Shown: one piece after another, positions 60,429-64,000 of the stretch
Layout of the letters: the number at the start of each line of letters is the position of its first letter
How positions within the stretch are numbered: position 1 is the first letter of the stretch
Source of the DNA: an uncultured Candidatus Entotheonella sp.
GTDB lineage: Bacteria > Tectomicrobia > Entotheonellia > Entotheonellales > Entotheonellaceae
Assembly (NCBI GenBank): GCA_965217185.1
Contig: OZ244252.1
Location: 3,904,001-3,968,000, forward strand
Direction: 5' to 3'
Length of the DNA: 64,000 bases
Notes under the pieces: model-generated
What the model saw: the letters and a program-made list of their open reading frames with translations, nothing else
What the model was told of the DNA's origin: nothing
The model's database searches: none
Program-made: the position numbers and the translations under genes

Positions 60429-61457
60429 TCAGCGTAGCGGCATGGCGTACATCAGGCCGCCATGCGTCCACAGGCGGTTGGGACCCGTACGTTGCAAGCC
60501 GATCGGCACCACATTGCGGCGGTAAATCTCGCCGTAGTTGCCCACCGCCTGGATTGCCTGAACCACCCAGGAATTGCTGAGGCCGAGCTTCGTGCCCATG
60601 TCGCCCGAGGTGCCGAGCAGGCGCTGAATCACCGGGTCCTGGCTGCCCATCATGGACGTCACGTTGCCCCGCGTCACGCCCTTCTCCTCCGCCTCGATCA
60701 GCGCGTAGACCAGCCACTTGACGATGGTGAGCCAGTCGTCGTCGCCGCGTCGAACCACCGGGCCCAGGGGCTCCTTGGAGATGGTTTCGGGCAGGATGAG
60801 GTAGTCGTCCGGGTTTGGTGCATCGGAGGATATGATGGCGGCAAGGCCGGAGCGGTCGGTGGTGTAGACTTGGCAACGGCCGTTGAAAAAGGCAGTCTTG
60901 GCTTCTTCCAGGTTCTCGAAGGCGATGGGCTTGAAACGCATGTTGTTGGCGCGGAAGTAGTCAGCGAGGTTGAGCTCCGTGGTGGTGCCGGCCAGCACGC
61001 ACACCTCGGCGCCGGCCAGCTCGCTGGCGCTGTGCACACCGATGTCGCGGGGTACCATGAAGCCCTGGCCGTCGTAGAACGTCACGCCGGCGAACATCAG
61101 GCCGAGGGAGGCATCACGCGTCAGCGTCCAGGTGGTGTTACGGCTGAGCAGGTCGACCTCGCCCGCTTGCAGGGCGGTGAAACGCTCCTGGTTGGAAAGG
61201 GGTACGAAGGTGACTTTGGCGCCGTCGCCGAGCACGGCGGCGGCCAGCGCGCGGCAGAAATCGACGTCGAAGCCGGTCCAGTGGCCGGCGCTGTCGGCGA
61301 TGGCGAAGCCGGCCAAGCCGGTGCTGACGCCGCACCGCACACTGTCGCGCGCCCGGACGGCATCGAGGGTCTCGCCGGCGTGTACGATGCCAGCCAGCGC
61401 TGCCACCGTAAACGGGATGAGCATCAGCAGACAGGCGTGACGGGTCATGTTGCGCAT
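60429..61457 (-). CDS. General L-amino acid ABC transporter substrate-binding protein (AapJ/BztA-like)
   Basis: CGVS.GL.GF, DFCRALAAAV, RNTTWTLTRD, YDGQGF, ISKEPLGP, VGNYGE; no permease genes adjacent. Confidence 0.92.
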   Translation of the reverse strand: MRNMTRHACLLMLIPFTVAALAGIVHAGETLDAVRARDSVRCGVSTGLAGFAIADSAGHWTGFDVDFCRALAAAVLGDGAKVTFVPLSNQERFTALQAGEVDLLSRNTTWTLTRDASLGLMFAGVTFYDGQGFMVPRDIGVHSASELAGAEVCVLAGTTTELNLADYFRANNMRFKPIAFENLEEAKTAFFNGRCQVYTTDRSGLAAIISSDAPNPDDYLILPETISKEPLGPVVRRGDDDWLTIVKWLVYALIEAEEKGVTRGNVTSMMGSQDPVIQRLLGTSGDMGTKLGLSNSWVVQAIQAVGNYGEIYRRNVVPIGLQRTGPNRLWTHGGLMYAMPLR

Positions 61458-61699
61458 TTGCAATCCCTCCCAAGGGTGTTATTCGGCTTATGGGGTTTAC
61501 AGTTCCGGGGCGTTAGGCACCAAGCTTGCTGTGGTTGGTTTGTAGTCCCAGGATACAGGGAAGATTTTACGAGATTAGGGCACCCGTGTCCGCAGATGCT
61601 ACGAGAGCAGGGTGGCAGGCGCTTCACGACCCACGTCCAGCCCGGTTGATGACCGCACGGCATTGAGGGGCACCTCTCGCGAATAAGTCGAAAACCCCT

Positions 61700-62563
61700 T
61701 CAACCGACCCCGTGGCTGCCGCCGTACCCGTTGCTCGACAACGGCTGCCAGCTCGCCAGATGCTCTGCCCGCGGGCGGTGGATTTCGACGTGCAGCGGGT
61801 GGCACGTCATAGCATCGCTGGAGTGGCCAGACCCGCAATCGCCGCCCGGACAACTGGACAACGCCGCCAGCAGATCGATCTCGGCGAACAGCTCGATGAA
61901 ATCCCCCACCCGCGAAGGACTCGCCTTCATAAAGTACTGGTTGGTGTCGCGCGTGTAGCCGGTACACATGAAGACATTGACCACGTCGTGCACGTGCGTC
62001 TCGGCCTCGGCGAGTGGCAGGTTCCTCGCCGCGGCCAGGGCTCGAGTGAGATTCGAATGGCAGCAATAATGGTAATTGCCGCCCGTCAGCAGAAAGTTCG
62101 TGTAGGGATCGCAGCGGGTGCCGATGACGTCATGCACGCCGGCACCGAACGCGTCGATGCCGTACCAGTCCAGGGTGTCGTGGGTGATGGTCGCCATCGG
62201 GCGCAGCCATGGAAAGGTGCTCCACAACCGGTCGCCGGTGCTGACGTGGGTGGCGTGCAGGGCACGGGTCTTGCCGCTGTAGAAGCGCTCGCGGAGGTCG
62301 GAGGCGTTCCACAGGTTCAGGTCGCCGACCTGCGAGCCTTCGCTGGTGACGATGCGAAACAGATGTCCGGCCGGGACCTCGAATGCCCGTGCATCGCGAG
62401 GCGGCACGGTCAACGCCTCCACCAGGGTGAGATCGCTTCGAACCGTCTCGTAGAACGTCCGATCGAACGGTGGCAGTCTGTCCAGGGTGTAGACCGTCAC
62501 GGGTTCGATCGCCCGCCGGGCAGCCGCGTCGGCAGGCTCGGGATTCTGCGCTGCAATTGCCAT
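61700..62563 (-). CDS. DUF1989 / urea carboxylase-associated family protein
   Basis: QVGDLNLWN, ERFYSGKTR, HDVIGTRCDPY, CCHSNL, HDVVNVFMCTG, SSCPGGD. Confidence 0.85.
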   Translation of the reverse strand: MAIAAQNPEPADAAARRAIEPVTVYTLDRLPPFDRTFYETVRSDLTLVEALTVPPRDARAFEVPAGHLFRIVTSEGSQVGDLNLWNASDLRERFYSGKTRALHATHVSTGDRLWSTFPWLRPMATITHDTLDWYGIDAFGAGVHDVIGTRCDPYTNFLLTGGNYHYCCHSNLTRALAAARNLPLAEAETHVHDVVNVFMCTGYTRDTNQYFMKASPSRVGDFIELFAEIDLLAALSSCPGGDCGSGHSSDAMTCHPLHVEIHRPRAEHLASWQPLSSNGYGGSHGVG

Positions 62564-63011
62564 GGTTTGCTCCGGTTGCTCGATGTAGCCCGCGCGGGGG
62601 CACGGTCCAGGTTCGGACGCCCTGTCCTGGATACCTTCAGTCCTTGATGCCGCGGCTCGAACTTCTCTTACCCACACGGATCCGTACTCCCGTCCCCACT
62701 TTTTGGTACTCTCCTACTATGAGTGATAGTCATGCTCACCGGCAAGCGTGTGATTCCGTCGGGCCGGTTCTGGCAATGCTGAAAGGCCGCTTTCGGTCGG
62801 TTGACGCTGATCCCGGGCTGACAGTGCTTGTGCAGGTCAGTTGTCACCCAAGTGTATCTTCATTCCGGCGTACCGGCAGCCGCGTCAGGCGTCGTTCAGG
62901 GGCTTTGAGTTGAGGCGTGTTGCCGTAGCGTTGCATCATCCAGCTGAAACCGGTCAACATGGCAACAGGGCAATTCACAAACACCCGCCAAGAAAGCACG
63001 AGGTACAGGAC

Positions 63012-63395
63012 ATGTCGAGAACACTGATTTCCTCCGGGTCGACATTTGAAAAAACGGCCGGATATTCCCGTGCTGTTGTTCAGGGAGAGTGGTGTTTCGT
63101 CTCGGGAACAACCGGCTATGACTATCACTCGATGCAAATCCCCACCGGCCTGGAAGACCAGATTGCCAATTGCTTCAAGACGATAGGTGCGGTGCTGGAC
63201 GAGGCAGGTTTTTCGCTTGACGATGTCGTGCGCGTCACCTACATAGTTTCCGACCGCGGCCTGGTTCCCCGAGCGCTGGCGTGTGTCGGCAGCTATTTCC
63301 GCGACATTCGTCCTGCGGCGACGATGATGATAGCAGGCTTGATCGAAGAGGCGATGAAGATCGAGATCGAACTGACGGCACTTCGCCAAAGTTGA
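63012..63395 (+). CDS. RidA family protein
   Basis: ISSGS.FE..AGYSRAV, VSGTTG, RPAATM, KIEIE. Confidence 0.88.
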   Translation: MSRTLISSGSTFEKTAGYSRAVVQGEWCFVSGTTGYDYHSMQIPTGLEDQIANCFKTIGAVLDEAGFSLDDVVRVTYIVSDRGLVPRALACVGSYFRDIRPAATMMIAGLIEEAMKIEIELTALRQS

Positions 63396-63474
63396 CCCAT
63401 CCCCGCGATGCCATCCGGCCCAAGACGAGCCGGCAACGTAAGTCCAAGCATTTGCCAAGCTGAGGACAAAGGCA

Positions 63475-64000
63475 ATGAGATTCTTGAAGAATGTGGGTAA
63501 GCACGGGCTACTGGGATTGTGCATCGTCATCGGGACCACCGTATGCAGTAACACACGCGAGATGTCTCGGGCTGATACTGAGCGAGACGCGACAGCACCG
63601 GCGATGGAATCAATGCCAATCGGATGCAGCCGCGGACACGACATCAAGCCCGGAGATACATGCGCGTGGACGATCGAGGGAGAGGAGGTCGAAATTCATG
63701 CCGCGATGGACGGCTGCGCTCAGGTGAGCTTGAGGAAGGTTGGGCAACGCGATCCCGAGTCTGGGCCTCGGCTGTGTCCGGGCGGCCCGGACTATTCCAA
63801 GCGCGGTCTTTCTGAAGCGCACGCCGGCGAGACGATTGTCGCGTCAGTAATGGACGCCCCGATGTGTGGGATGAGCTCGATCTCAGGCCTCAGTCTCGAC
63901 TTCAATGGTACCGATATCCACATATGGCCGGGACTGGACCTGAAACAACTGGTCGTGCACTGGAACGGCGCGCACTGGTCCGTGCAGGAGACGCCGAGCC
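63475..64000 (+). CDS. Hypothetical exported, possibly lipo-, protein running off the window
   Basis: Open frame from ATG 63475 to the window end: MRFLKNVGKHGLLGLCIVIGTTVC..CSRGHDIKPGDTC; absent from the ORF track because it has no stop. Confidence 0.5.
   Translation, partial: MRFLKNVGKHGLLGLCIVIGTTVCSNTREMSRADTERDATAPAMESMPIGCSRGHDIKPGDTCAWTIEGEEVEIHAAMDGCAQVSLRKVGQRDPESGPRLCPGGPDYSKRGLSEAHAGETIVASVMDAPMCGMSSISGLSLDFNGTDIHIWPGLDLKQLVVHWNGAHWSVQETPS

Noticed and set aside
61515..61530. Sigma54-like motif AGGCACCAAGCTTGCT
   Set aside because: It is on the plus strand, pointing away from the AapJ-like gene toward the 3' end of a convergent gene, so it has no evident target.
62564..62720. Guanidine riboswitch upstream of the DUF1989 gene
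   Set aside because: No ykkC or mini-ykkC (ACGA loop pair) features recognisable by eye; an Rfam scan is needed.
1..64000. CRISPR array, tRNA, rRNA, integron integrase or phage structural genes
   Set aside because: No regularly spaced repeats, cloverleaf/rRNA signatures or such ORFs were seen.

Overview
A GC-rich bacterial chromosomal segment in which intact housekeeping and metabolic genes alternate with decaying accessory islands. The intact genes include alaS, moaC, a type II secretion block gspG-H-I-J-K-N, several oxidoreductases and hydrolases, an OprO/P-type porin and an AapJ-like binding protein. Island 1 (0.2-6.8 kb) is a DUF499-ATPase, BREX-related locus. An AAA-ATPase/DUF3226 pair is embedded in it and its DUF1156 methyltransferase is reduced to a relic. 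Island 2 (17.6-24.8 kb) has a higBA module between two XerC/D dif-like sites, followed by a five-layer nest of mobile elements: an IS701-like element, an ORF-less group II intron inside it, a second ORF-less intron inside the first (twintron), a second IS701-like element and an IS5. Island 3 (37.6-58.1 kb) is a defence island with AAA/DUF4276, a type 3 BREX cluster bracketed by a degenerate 150-190 bp direct repeat, a DUF1778/GNAT toxin-antitoxin pair, an IS5/IS427-like element, DUF262-HEPN and a second DUF1156 relic. In the BREX cluster brxHII appears almost completely deleted, and next to the scar sits an intact, AT-richer, translationally coupled three-gene module (TIGR04255-like, small protein, QGDI/xQxCD-motif protein). 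That module is the best candidate here for an undescribed defence or toxin-antitoxin-chaperone-like system. Many accessory genes carry point nonsense codons, 1-2 nt frameshifts or microhomology-bounded deletions, while core genes are clean. All family calls are motif recognition by eye, not database searches.
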